From Chrysomallon squamiferum (Eukaryota > Animalia > Mollusca): 64,000 bases of DNA. The stretch spans positions 36,704,001 to 36,768,000 of the forward strand of contig CM022665.1 in the NCBI GenBank assembly GCA_012295275.1, given 5' to 3'. The notes under the pieces are model-generated. The model was given only the letters and a program-made list of their open reading frames with translations. It was not told where the DNA came from and did not search any database. This document shows, piece by piece, positions 28,877 to 42,710 of this stretch. How positions within the stretch are numbered: the stretch's first letter is position 1; each line of letters begins with the position of its first letter. A program made the translations under genes and the position numbers.

Positions 28877-29010
28877 GAAACCCGCTTCCCTCACTGCATA
28901 GGCTATGATTTTGTTTCAGCAGCGAAGGTTCTTGTATTGACAAGTCTTTGTTGACAAGAAAACTCAAACTCGTCATTTATACACTGTGCGTTGTGGATTT
29001 TTTGAACGAT
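28877..29010 (-). mobile_element. Degenerate SINE fragment (same family)
   Basis: gaaacccgcttccctcactgcataggcta...cagcagcgaaggttcttgtat matches the recalled core gaaacccgctgccgccacat-ggcta...tagcagcaagggttcttttat. Confidence 0.5.
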
Positions 29011-30075
29011 AAATAACCATGATGATAACGAAAATTTTTACCTATATGTATACGAGTGTGTGTGTGTGGGTTTGTGGGTGGGTGGGTTTGCGTGCATGTG
29101 TTTACGTACAGGTAGAATATATTTTACATTATTTAGATAAAACTGAATAAAGAGTTTACGGTAGACCAGTACTGTAAGAATTCAACCGGTTGTTCTTTCA
29201 CATGAATTTACAACAATATTAAAACGTATAACATTTTTTTAAATTTTTTTTTATTTATTTGCTTGTTGTATTGTTTGTTTGTTTGTTGTTTAATTTTTTT
29301 TTATTATTATTATTATTTTTATTTTTATTTTAGTTAGTTAGTTATTTACTAACTCTAAATATAAACATAGTATTTTTTAAATATTTATCTTTCTTCTTTT
29401 TTTCATATGTTCATTTTATTTCGTCAGATATTATTTTTTAATTTTCTTTCACCTACTTAATTTAATTAGCAAATAAAAAATAGAAATAAAACTAATTATA
29501 TAAATATATGAAGGTTCTCAATTTTACCTTTTAAACACAAATGTTTTCAGTAAAATTAATTTTATTTATTTAAATATATACTTAAGTAGGTATCTTATTT
29601 ACATACTTATTTAATTTTTTATTTAGAGAGAAAACTAATTATATTTAATAAGAAAACAAATGATTTTACAAAGTATTTTTAAAATGTTATAATTTAGTTC
29701 GCAAAGAATTTAAACTTAAAACACAATTTCATGTATAAGTATCACATAGTTCACTTTTGGTTTTGATTTCTTCCTGATCAGTTTTATTTTATTTTTGTTA
29801 TCGTCTTCACTGACGTTTTTATTTGTTTATCCTATTTTAAAATTTGTTTTTGTTTATTTTTTAAATTATAATGTTTTTAATATTATTATTATTATTATCA
29901 TCATTTTTTTATTATTGTTGTTGTTTTTGTTGTTTTGTTGTTATTGCTGTTGCTATTACAATTATTATTATTATTGTTGTTGTTGTTGTTACTTTTATTA
30001 GTTTTTATATTTTTATTTTATTATTATTATTATTTATTTTTTATATTGTTATATATTTTTTCTGTTACGTGTGTC

Positions 30076-30113
<38 letters not shown>

Positions 30114-30684
30114 TAACTTTCTCTAAACGATTATTAGTGTTTCATTTCACAAATCGTCACAAAATATACTGAACAAATTTACTGAAAGCATTTTTAAATA
30201 TATATATTTCATCATTCAATAACGTACAGCCTTGTTTTGTGAAATCTCGGTAAGGTAACGCCAGCTAAACAAAGATAATTAACACGAAGCCAGTCATTAT
30301 GCAAACAGTGTAGTCAGGTGTTGTGTGTTTTCTATTTACCAAGACGCCTTCTAATGAACATAGATCCTCTCCATCTTTTACCTGTTTAAATATTTGCCGT
30401 AAACGCACGCCATTGTGCTGGTATTCGTTTTATAGAAATTCAATAGATAATAATCTAACGTTGTCTTACGTGGTCAATAGTTTTAATGAATACTAAATAA
30501 ACACGTAGTCAAGGTAAGCAGTAACGTATTAATAATTACGTAAATGAAGAGAGAAAAAAAAAGAATCGATGTTAAATTCAGTTTTGATTTTTGTATAAAA
30601 TTGATAAGTATATAATACTCAGAAATTCGGGACGATTAGTAATTAATGAACGCCAGGACTGAAGTTATATCGACTGTGTATGTG

Positions 30685-31300
30685 TGATGATATTCTAAAT
30701 GATATTTTCAATGCATTTCTGTTTTGTATTTCGAATATTATTTTCAGAATAAATTTCAGATTAGACTGGAATGATTATTACAAATGTAATTTTGAACGTT
30801 GTTTTGTAATGACATTATTATGAACCGTATTCCGAGTGCTGTTCTAAATGGTATTTTGAAAGCAAATACTAAACGCAATTTTGAATTACGTAATAATATT
30901 TTTACTGTATTTTTAACTGTAATTTTGAATAATTATAAATGATATACGGAATATAATACTTAACGGCAATTGTTAGTGGTAATCTGATTTTCATTCTCGA
31001 TGAATTTAAACTCTGATTAATTCTGAACCTTGTTCTGAATTATATTAACAGAGCAATTCTAAACATGATCTTCAGTGTAATTCTTAATGATGTTTTGAAA
31101 CAGTTCTTAATATTAGTTTCAATAATTCCCACAAATATTCTAATTTTCTTTTCTTTTTTCTTTTCTTTCTTTTTCATTTTTATTTTATTTTTTTAAAAGA
31201 ATGATATTCTAGAATCATGAATGAAATTCTCAATATATTTCTTCGCAAAATTTGTAATCATTTCTAAATTAGACTTTGAATCTAATTCTCATTTAAAATA
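30685..31300. repeat. Degenerate 12-bp-period minisatellite
   Basis: Units like AATGATATTCTA / AATGTAATTTTG / AATGGTATTTTG recur in phase. Confidence 0.6.
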
Positions 31301-33044
31301 TCAACAAAATTTGTTTCAAGATAAAACAGATCAATTTTGTGTTTTTGAATATACATCGTTAACATAACGTCATTAAAAAAAAAAAGTTCCTTAAGGTGAT
31401 ACACTTTGTCTCTACGCACCAGACATACTGGACCAAAAATATTCAAAGATTTAGCAAAGACATAAAAATCCATTAGTCTAAAAACCCAAATTATAATACA
31501 ACGTATAGTTTTGTTGTTGTTTCTGCTGTTTATTTTCCATTAATATTCGATACCTATTAAGGAACTTATTGATATATGAAATGCAGTATATGATACATGA
31601 CCTGCGTAATTTTCGAAACACATGAATAATTTGTATGTCAATAACGCTATGATTTATCAAAAATAAGTTAGAAAAACAAATGAAAAATAAAAAATAAGAA
31701 GTTACTCTACACTGACAAAAGTTTTGAATTAAATTTAAATATTCATTTTTGTTTTTGGTTATTTGAATTGTGTTTATACCATGGAATATTCAGAGATTAT
31801 TTCCCAGTTTTTGCAGCTACACGGAAAGAAAATTTCTAAACGGTTGACTGAATGATAAATGACTGGCTTTCAGTGTTTTTGTTTTCCCTTGTACGAGATA
31901 GTTTATTTATTTGTCTTTTGTTTATTATTCATTTATCTAATTACCTATGACTTACCTTTCTGTTATATTTTACTACATTTTATTTATTAGGTAGTAAATA
32001 CTATATATATATATATATGTATATGTATATATTTTAATTGTTTTTATATAATGTTTTAATATTATTCTACGATCAAGAAGCTCTTATTATTGTCGTCGTA
32101 GTCGTTGTCGTATTGGTTGTCTCATTCTGTTACCGTTCACTTGCAAAATGCTCCTTCGGTTTCTCGAGGAAGAATTTGCAAATCCGTACTGGCGCCGACG
32201 TTTGTTCTGTCTGAGTTTAGAAACGGGAAACCATTCCATTTCAAACAACTATTTAGTAAATTCCAAGTAATTACGTTGAAGACGCTATTCGCGGGCCACC
32301 ATGGTAGAAACGCTTTCTGTTTTCTTCAATTTGTTAAAACTCTGTCGCCTCGTCATGCAAGGAATCTAGTCGGTCTGTTGGAGGCGAAATCAGAAAAGTT
32401 AAGGCGTTTGTGAAAATTGCTCATTCCACGTTTGATGTTTCGCTCTGTAAATGATTGCACTGCTCTTAGGTAATTGTAATTTTTGTAATTATGCCAAGTG
32501 AAAGATGTGAAGAGATGACAGAGGTCGCGGGATGGCAGATTACACGCGTTGCCATGCACAGATGCACATCTGTTTCTGCCTGCTAACAAACAAAACAAAA
32601 CAAACTTTGTGTGTGTATTTGTGTGTTTGTGTGCGTATGTTTGTGAATACGAGCGCGCTAATTGGATGTGCACACAAAAACCAACGTGATATGTGTGTAC
32701 ACATACAACCATACACACACAACAACACACACACACAACAGTCGCACGACATAAAAATAATAATAAAAATGACAATAATAACAACATAATGATAATAATA
32801 ATATTAACAAAAAAAAAAATATATATATACACTTGTAGGTATACTGATAAATACAATGGACATATATACCTACTTACATATCCATACACACAAACATACA
32901 TACACACACTCACACACACAAACATACATACATACATACATATGTATGTACATACTTACATACTTTCATATATGATTACATACATACATATATACAAAGA
33001 TACGAAGTCAGACAGAGACAGAGAGAAACACATACACAGAGAAA

Positions 33045-33144
<100 letters not shown>

Positions 33145-33729
33145 TAAAATCACATTTTTCACTCAGCTAGAACAAACTGAAGAAGATCGAATTCTGCTGA
33201 AAAAAAGCAGTGATCTTGTAAAAAGGTAAAAGTTACGAGAAAGCGACGTTCCACGATTAGCATCTCTTACTAAGCCCATCTGATAATTGTTAGTGATGAC
33301 AGACGATACTAAGTAAGAGAAGGTGATTTACACAGAAGAATGTCTTTTTTCCCTTTCTTTTAGCTGTGGACAGAGTCAGTTGTTGAAACACGATAAACCG
33401 TGACCAGGTTTGTTTTGTCCAAAGCAATCATTCCGCTGACGATAAGAGAGCAATTCTAACTCGGCTCGACATGATGTTATTGAAAGGCTTTCATCAGCGC
33501 ATGGTGAAACTAACGGAGTGGACATCTATACTTATCAAACAACAATTGTATTTACAGCAATAACAATCGCTATGCGATTGGTGGAGCGAAAAACTTAAAC
33601 GGTTTCTAACTCAAACAAACAAGATAACATCTCAACACCAGTTGGAGGCTGATGCTTGTCGTCGTTGGTTTTCGTGTATTTATCCAGGTACGTCGACGTA
33701 CCAAAATTTGCTTACCATGTCGCAGATCA

Positions 33730-34165
33730 AATGATCAGTAATGGTTAAAGTCTGAGAAAGAATTATGACTAGAAATCCAGGTTAGTAGGTTAGTGAATAT
33801 TTCATTAATGGGTAAAAATATCCAGGTTACACTGAAAACAGACACACAACGAAATGGTTGTTAGAAAGTTAGTAATGGTGAAAGATTGAGAATGATCATG
33901 ACGTCCGTTATTTTGGGATAAAATCAAGGTAAAACTGACTAGAAACCTCAAACCAAATCCGAGTTAGAAGGTTTGGGTTGTTGAATAGTTTGCGTAATGT
34001 CTTGGAGTTCATTACGTCTAAGCAACATCCAGCTAACATCAAAACCAGATCCGAGTTAATAAGTTGATGACGATGAAAATATGAGGAAGATCATGCCGTC
34101 CATTATTTCGTGCGCTAAATCCACGTAACAGTGATAATAAGTCTCAAATCAAATCCTAGCTCTTA
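33730..34165. repeat. Degenerate tandem duplication (units ~100-190 bp)
   Basis: gatcatgacgtccgttattt (~33894) vs gatcatgccgtccattattt (~34089); aaatccgagttag / agatccgagttaa; agtaatggt-aaag--tgagaa twice; tgactagaaa twice. Confidence 0.65.
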
Positions 34166-34794
34166 CATTAGTCACTGGGAATATTTCAGGTTGAAGCGTT
34201 TCAGAGTTGGTTTTCTGGGCGAATATCTAAACTTATTTTGAGAAAATTCTCTTCCATATCACCAAAACAACAAAGATTATATAACTATTCCTAAACATAC
34301 AAATATTAAACTAATCATCAAATAATCGAGTCTGAAGACACTGCTTTAATTTCAGCCCCTTTTTTTAATTATTAAACTAAATGATATTAGACTGAGAAAT
34401 CTCGAGACTGATTTAATACAAATCATATTAAACTGAACGAATCATAATTATTTTTAATTACTTATAACTTTCGAATGATCAGAAGTTTGTTAATTTCATT
34501 GTTAACTTTTTAGATAGAAACAATAATATATTCTTTTGTGCTTAATAGTATCTTTATTATTTCTCTTTTTATTTATTTTTTATTTTTTATTTATTTTTTA
34601 TTATTATTATTTTCGGACTTTTAGATGACTTATTGTCACTACTGAAATGAAATTCTAATGTGTTTCTTACATGTAATACATTTAGTGTTTGCTCATATTT
34701 TTAAACAAGAACATTTAAAGTGAATAACCAAACAAATAATAACAACAACAATAATAATAACAGTATTTATTGTTATTATTATTACTACTACTAC

Positions 34795-34827
<33 letters not shown>

Positions 34828-34931
34828 ATCAGTAAATAAAAGACGAATAACAACAAAAGCAACAACAAAAAGATTAAAGAAAAACAATAAATCGTCTCTT
34901 GATAAAGAAATGTTGTTTTTTATTATATCTT

Positions 34932-34979
<48 letters not shown>

Positions 34980-35287
34980 CTTCTTCTCACGGCAGAAAGC
35001 TAACATTTCTAATTATTTCTTTATGCAGTATACCAATTTTTTTTTTTTTTTTTCTTCTTCTTCTTCTTTTTACATCAAGATATATAACTCGGTACATAAA
35101 TGTTCTGGTTTATTACCCATTGCAGAGCCAAACGGTGTAAAAGCATCAGATATCGTCTTCTCTCTCACCAACCCACTAACAAATTAATATTCTCCGCCAT
35201 GTGCCAGCAACCATAGACACGTCTGCGAGGTGTCTTCAAACAAGCAACACGTACAATTACAGGTCATCTGACCTTTCTCCGCGACAG

Positions 35288-35452
35288 TCGGGGACTGCGA
35301 TCTTCTCGAGAATCATCATCTCTGCAGACTTGAGAATTACAGCACGGGCTGCACGTGTGATGACGTACCAGAGGCAGAAAGCCTGACTGTGTTGGTGGTG
35401 GCAGAGCCAAACAATTACAGAGTTCATGACGAAGTCCCCGAAACTAAAATAC
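35288..35452 (+). CDS. Putative internal exon (phase 1-1) of a small Cys-rich protein
   Basis: Branch-like CTGAC plus pyrimidine tract ctttctccgcgacag|, 165 nt, donor AC|gtgaat. Reads GDCDLLENHHLCRLENYSTGCTCDDVPEAESLTVLVVAEPNNYRVHDEVPETKI with protein-like composition. Confidence 0.55.
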
Positions 35453-36276
35453 GTGAATATTTCTAAAGTGACTTTAATGATAACTTACGTGGAGTGTGAT
35501 AAACTATAAATGGGACTACAGGTTTATTTGTATAGTAATAATTTGATAAATGAAACCGTTGGGTAAATATAGACCATATTCTGTTGAAAACGTTCGAGTA
35601 AATGTCTAATATATTATAATTTCAGGTTAAATACATGTACACATATAAAATTACAGATGATCTGCTTAATGCAACCTTAGTCATGTATATAGTTTTAGGT
35701 CTATAACGTTTCTATTTTTCATACTTTTCTGATTTCGTATTTAAGGATAATTTATTGTTGATGTTAAACATAATTAACATGTGTTTTATTTACGTATTTA
35801 AAGATGGTTGATATTCTACTGCACAGGAAAACTTTTCTTGCCTATATCAGAAATGTTCTTAACAAAACCTGTACCTTCCAGTTATAACAGAATTAACTTA
35901 TTTATGTATCAGACACGATTATCATGAGCAATGCTATTCATTCCGTCTGATGTTTCTTAAAAAAATAGCCATTTTCTAACAAGTTATCTGAGGTTGTTTT
36001 AAAAGTCTATATTACGTTTATAGTGAACCTGCAAATCAGCCATCTGCATATAAGCGATTATCTTGATAACAACAACAAGCATAACAGCAACAACAAAGTA
36101 GTAGTAATAATAAAAAAATAATAAAAAATGAAAAACAATAACAACAACAACAACAACATCAAGAACAATAATAATAATAATTTGGTACATCTAAATATTC
36201 TGGTTTCACTGTAGCTGGTTTATTTATAAGTAGATGACACCAATACATGGCACTTATTACCGAGATTAATCTCCCT

Positions 36277-36294
36277 TTGCCACCAGAGGGCTCC
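36277..36294 (+). promoter_or_regulatory. CTCF-like motif
   Basis: TTGCCACCAGAGGGCTCC closely matches the bilaterian CTCF core CCACCAGRKGGC in otherwise AT-rich DNA. Confidence 0.5.
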
Positions 36295-37309
36295 GCATGA
36301 ATTCTAATTTTATTTCTACGCACGTCACATACCCGGAGCCTGAATGCGGGTATATTTTCGTTCATTTAAAGATTTAAAGTACGACCTTTTCACCTGCTGT
36401 CTGTGGCGATAATGAAATAGCTCGGTTTAGGATCCGGTTACGGGTTTGAAGAAATATATGTGATTCTGTCTCTTCGCTACACAAAAGGCTTTACTTTATG
36501 TTGGTCTGTTGACATATCCACATGTTTTACACCAATCAAGTGATAGATTAAATGCTATAGTCCTGTCCAGTTTTCAGACAGACGAAATTTCATGCCGAGC
36601 ACATGAATTTAACCAAGGTTATTACAAGTTTAATAAAAACATGCATTTTTATATGTAAATCTATATGTATGTGTGTGTGTATGAATGTTGGTATGTATGT
36701 TGGTATGTATGTATGTATGTATGTATGTATGTGTGTATGTGTGTGTTTTGATAAACAGATAGACTGATAGAGAGACAGACAGACAGACAGATATATAGAG
36801 ATATACAGATACATAAAAATACACACAAAAAATAACAAAAGGTAACCAAAAAAATGGGTTTACACATACATACATACATACACACAAATATAATATTTAT
36901 ATAAAAACGCCCACATACACACACGCACATTCATACGTACATATATACATTGTCAAACTTACCATACATACATACACACACACAAATACATATGTATTCA
37001 TATATGCACATGCCCACTCATGTACATATCAATACGTTTTAAACAACCAAAGAGAAACAATGAAAGCTGTGATATAAAAATAACGTATATTATTATGCAA
37101 ATAAATGAATCAGCGTTGTTACAGGCAGAATGAGTCATAGAGAAAACCACGTCACATCCGCAGCCACTGTTACCTAAACAAAATCGAACATAACAAAAAA
37201 AAGAAAAAACAGAGAGAGAGAGAGAGAAAAAAAACCCAGCAACAACAAAAATCAACAGCAAATGAAACACATATATGTAAACAAAAAGAACCACAATAAA
37301 CTGTGTTAT

Positions 37310-37960
37310 TAATATCTCCTTTATATAACGAAATTAAACGGAGTGAAGTATTTTTATTTAGCCAAATGAAATAGAGTAAAGGTTTTCTTTCTTCTTTTTC
37401 GTTTTCTTTTTTTTTTTAGGTTTTTTTTTTTTATTTTTTTTTTTTTTTTTTTTTTTTTTTATATTTTTTTTTTTTTTTAATGAAATTAAATGAAGTTAAG
37501 TTCTTTTTATTTGGAGAAATGAAATATATTTAAGACTTTTTTATTATCATTTAGCGAAATTAAATACAGTTAAAATGTTTTTATTTCGCGAAATTATATA
37601 CAGTAAATTACTTTTTATTTAGCGAAATTAAATATTGTAAAGTATTATTTTTTATTTATATAACGAAATCAAATATAATTAAATTCTTTTTATATAACGA
37701 TATTAAATATCGTAAGTTATTTTTTATTTAACGAAATTAAATATACTTAAATTCTTTTATTAAGAGAAATTAAAAATAGTTCAGTATTTTTTTTACCGAA
37801 GTTAAATATAACTAAATGTATTATTTTTGTTGTTGTTGTTATTATTATTATTGTTGTTGTTTAGCGATATCAAGTAAACTATTGTCGAGTATTATATAAC
37901 ATACTGTTAAGTATTATTTTTTCACTTAGCAAAATTAAAACCAGAAAAAATATTATTTTA
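37310..37960. repeat. Degenerate ~32-bp minisatellite
   Basis: Recurrent TTTTATTTA(G/A)CGAAATTAAATA(C/T)A. Confidence 0.75.
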
Positions 37961-38310
37961 TTTAATTAAGTACTATTACTTTCTCATATAAACAAACGAT
38001 CTATAAACGTAATAAAGCTGTGAATTAGAACATTTTTTATATCGATTATTAGTTTTCATCCGTATAATTTGCGTGATTAATCCAAGTGTCGAATTCGGTA
38101 CCATTAAGCAGATGTTTTCAAAGAACTGCGTTTTTTTCATACATACCAGTCTACACCTGTGCACACACATGTGTGGGGTTTATACGTATATATCAATGCT
38201 TGTTCATGTATATATGTATATCCATATCTGTATGTATAATATGTGTGTCCCTGTGTGTATATAATTATGTGTATGCGTCTGTGTCTGTATGTCTGCATGT
38301 GTATATGTAT

Positions 38311-38375
<65 letters not shown>

Positions 38376-38453
38376 TAAACACATTCATAGATATATTTAA
38401 TAATGAAAAGAAAGTGATCGCGTTGAGGTATTTAATACATTTTGATTTAATAC

Positions 38454-38506
<53 letters not shown>

Positions 38507-38792
38507 TGTTTGTGTATATAATAATTTTATGTTAAATATACGTGATTGGTTTTCTAAGCACTAGCCTTTGCATAAACAGTACTTTGTCATTACAGTGAAC
38601 TGAACTGATGGTATGAACTGTTTGTTTTACGTTTTCTTTCCACACGGTTGTCTAATGTATGCAGTCCAATTACTGAATGGATTAATCAGTTGTGTTGCTT
38701 TAGCAGGCTACCCGCGACAGTGTCTTGAGAGAAAGTCGTGAATACTGTTGGTGATAGATTCGCTTTAGAACGCTCGATGAGAAATTCCTCGT

Positions 38793-39033
38793 GAAACGTT
38801 TACTGACGAGTTTGTCAAAACGTTTTACTGACGAATTTATCGAAATGTTTCACTGATAAATTAAAAAATAGAAATCAAATGTTTACTGACGAATCTGTGA
38901 AAATGTTTACTGATAAATTTATCAAAACCTTTTTCTGCCCAGTTTGTCAAAATGTTCATTGATAAATAAAAACACAGAAATAAAAAGTTTACTGACGAAT
39001 CTGTGAAAATGTTTACTGATAAATTTACTGATA

Positions 39034-39083
<50 letters not shown>

Positions 39084-39180
39084 TTTTTATTATTTATAAT
39101 AAACATTTCCTGATTAACTTAGGACAACGTTTACTGACGAATTGTTCTTAATCTTTATTTAATATCTGTCAAAATATTTA

Positions 39181-39218
<38 letters not shown>

Positions 39219-39270
39219 TGACGTTTACTGATGAATTTATCAAAACGTTTTTATCGTATTTGTGAAAATG
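38793..39270. repeat. ~23-bp minisatellite with ~110-bp higher-order duplication
   Basis: Unit AAA(C/T)GTTTACTGA(C/T)GAATTT(G/A)TC. The block gtttactgacgaatctgtgaaaatgtttactgataaattt occurs at ~38881 and ~38987. Confidence 0.85.
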
Positions 39271-42018
39271 TTTGCATTAAATACTGTAAAACAAGTTTAT
39301 TTCGCAAGTTTATTTACTTAAGACTTAAAAGTGTGACAAATCCTTTTATGAGAATAAAAATAATTTTAAAAAGAGAAATTTTTATTCCGAATTTGAAAAA
39401 AATATAAATTAATAATAATAAATATTTTTCATTGACAGTATATAGACAAATTTATGAACATCAACGAAAAAATAATAATAATAAATAACGCTGTTTTTAA
39501 AAAAAATAATAATAATAAAAAGAATGTCGAGGATAATTTATTGCGAAGAACTTTCGCAAATCATCCAAAGTTCAAAAGAGCACTTTAATTTGTGGCAGAT
39601 GTTTAAGTTCGTCGGTAAACTTGTAGATTATACAGATACTTCATTCTTTTCTATTAAACAAACTTGAGCTTTATTCATTAAAAACAGTGGAAATACGTCT
39701 TTTTGTGTAAATAAAAAAAAATAATAAAAAAAAAAAAAAAATAAACAGATGAAAATTAACTGCACTTAATGAATAGAAACATGTAGAAACATTACTTTCC
39801 AAGTTCTTCTCAACTGAAGAAATTTTTTTAAATTTTGTTTTAATATTTTTTATTTTATTTTTTTTTTTTTTTTTTTTATATATATATTTTTTTTTTTTTC
39901 GAATGAAGATTTAGGGCCAAACAAAATATGCATATGTATGTCCGAAGACGCATACGAATGAGCCACTTAGCAGATTTGAACAAGAGGGATAATGTGTAGT
40001 CGCCAAATTCGAACAGGTATGATAATGCATTTTCGCACATGTGACATATCGTTCTTATCTAACTGACGCAGTTTCTGCGGTCAAACAAAGACAGATAATA
40101 TTTTAAATAAAGAGCCAGGTAGAGTGTGTTTTATGATACATAAATTAGTCTAGAGTTTCCCTCGTACACAGATACTGGAAACTTGATCGGGATATAGCCA
40201 GACGATTGCTTTGTTTACTTAAAGCCTGTCGTCGAAAACACATTCGTTCACGTTTTACCATATATATTTGATATTGTACTAAGAAGAACTTTGTGAGATT
40301 TAAACAGTGTATTTTATTGTGCGTCATGCCTGGTTGGCTAACCTCGGTTTGGGAATTTAACTTTTCAAAAAAAATAAATTCTCTGACAACAATTACTGTA
40401 GATCATCGTGATATCTGAAACTAATGCAACTCTGGAATGAATAATGTACCTTACTTACGACATAAAATTCGTTGTGGTTTTTGTTCTTGTTGTAGGTGAA
40501 CTACACAATTTGTGAAATCACATACTTAACTCTGATTTATGTAATAAATTTGTAAACACTCAAGGTGAAAAGTCACTTTCAGAAAAGGAATTGTGATCTG
40601 AAATTCTATATGTAAAAGAATAAAAATTATCTTTACTTTTTATTATTTCCTTCTTTTTAAGTGTCTGTGTGGACTTCATGTATGGAAACGTTATGTATGT
40701 GGGTAACTATGTATGTAAATATATAGATATATGTACGTACCTATGCATATATGTATGAATGTATTTTTGCATATGTAAGCATGTAAGTATGTATGTATGT
40801 ATTTAGGTTTACTTGTGTAGGTATGTGTGTAATTATGAATATATGTATATAGGAATTATTATTGTTTTATCTTTGTTCTTTTTCACCAGTCTAAATGAAG
40901 TTTACCATTTTAATTTTTTTTTTTTTATTTTTTTTTCAGTCTGCTTTAAATATTAAACTGTTGTGTTTTTTTGTTGTTTTTTTGTAACCTTTCTTAATTT
41001 ATTGAATTTATGAAAAATGAAACGTCTGAAAATTTCTTCGCAGTGTTCAGTTTTATTGCGTCCCACTTTCTTCAGTGTTATTTTGATTACGTGTTTCAAG
41101 CTACTTTTAGATTTTAAAAATTTATTTTTACCATATTTTCCTTACTTTCATATTACCATTTGATTTATTGGCGTTTATGGCAGTTCATTTCTAAGTGTTG
41201 AAAATTTAACAAAAATAAATAAAAAAAAGCATTTTAATTTGAAAAGTACTTGTGAGATCAAGTTTAAACGTGAATAATTATCTTTTCGTTAATTTGTTTA
41301 TTTATTTACTTATTTATTTATTTACTTACTTATTTACTGACTTTCTTAATTATTTATTTACTGACTTTTTTTTATTCATTCATTCATCCATTTGTGCATT
41401 TGATTCTTTCTTTCTTTTAATAAAATATTCATTTAGTTTCTTACATTTTATTTTTGTTAGTTTCTGTACATATTTGATTAGTTTGCTAGCTTTTTATATC
41501 ACTGATTTATTTACTTATATATTTATTAATCATATTTAATTTATTTCATTCGTTCAGTGTTATGTATGTTTGCTTAATTTCATTCTCAGTATTCTCATCT
41601 CTTTGTTTTAATTTCTTATTTATTTATTTATTCAATTTTTTGTTGATACTTTATCTTTATTATTTTTTATTATTGTTATTATTATAATTTTGGTTTTTTT
41701 TCCTTTTCATCCGATTCTGATTTTAACGTCTAAGTTAAGCAGTTACTACTTGTCCACTGTTAACCAATCTTATGTTAGAAATCTCACTTTATTTGATATT
41801 TCGCTCTCATGTTAGAACTTCTCTAACAACAAAGTTTCTACCTGACAGGCGTATTATTCAACAAAACCATGATGGTGATGTGTTCTTGCCGTCTTTGCTT
41901 CAGCCAGAACCGCTATCACATAGTTAAGTACACACTTATTTTCTTTGTGTATAAATAGACAAGATGCAAAATCTATATTTATTTAAGCTACTTATATCGA
42001 CGGCTGTTTGGTTTCTAG

Positions 42019-42164
42019 TTGTCTACCCTGCTGGTGTGGAACTTGTCGGCGATGTTTGTAACTCAGTTGGTATGGTATGTACACCGAGGGGATTCCACTG
42101 CTTCAGAGTTATCTTACCTCGGAGACGTCACGGATACCCCTCCAGACGGCGCTACAGATGCTAA
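42019..42164 (+). CDS. Putative terminal exon, phase-compatible with 35288-35452
   Basis: Acceptor gctgtttggtttctag|. Phase 1 reads (L)VYPAGVELVGDVCNSVGMVCTPRGFHCFRVILPRRRHGYPSRRRYRC*. The alternative phase-0 frame is open to 42204 (LSTLLVWNLSAMFVTQLVWYVHRG...). Confidence 0.5.
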
Positions 42165-42349
42165 CAGACTTCGTATCACCAACAAAAACATATATTCGAC
42201 ATAATACGTTCAAAGTGTGTGACATGCACGAATTCCCACGTGGAACAATGGAAGTTTGAAGTGGAAACCTAACAGATCATGTTCGAAGCCGGTAATTGAA
42301 TTAACTGCGAGACAGCTGTTGGCTGCAAAGTGCAGATAATACAATCAGT

Positions 42350-42658
42350 GCCTTATCGGTTTAATTTTGGTCAAGGAATTTGTTGAAATTAGTTATATGA
42401 TTCAAGAGTCTTTTGTTTTTGAAGCCTTAATTATACGAAACCGCGGACATGCAGATAACGTGGTTAATTTTATCTTCAGCAACTGGTCGTTTAAATCAGG
42501 TGGTCGAACGACGCAATAGGCTTAATCGTCTTATCAATTTCAGCCATCCAGTCGAAACGAAATATTTTGTTTTGACAACAAATGATATGAAAAGCTGGGC
42601 ATGTCTTTTTCTTTTTCGTTTTTAAATTTTCTATTTTTTTTAAATTTTTATTTTGTAT

Positions 42659-42710
<52 letters not shown>

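Noticed and set aside
38793-39270. CRISPR-like appearance of the 23-bp repeats
   Set aside because: Units are head-to-tail and degenerate without unique spacers; no cas genes; eukaryotic context.
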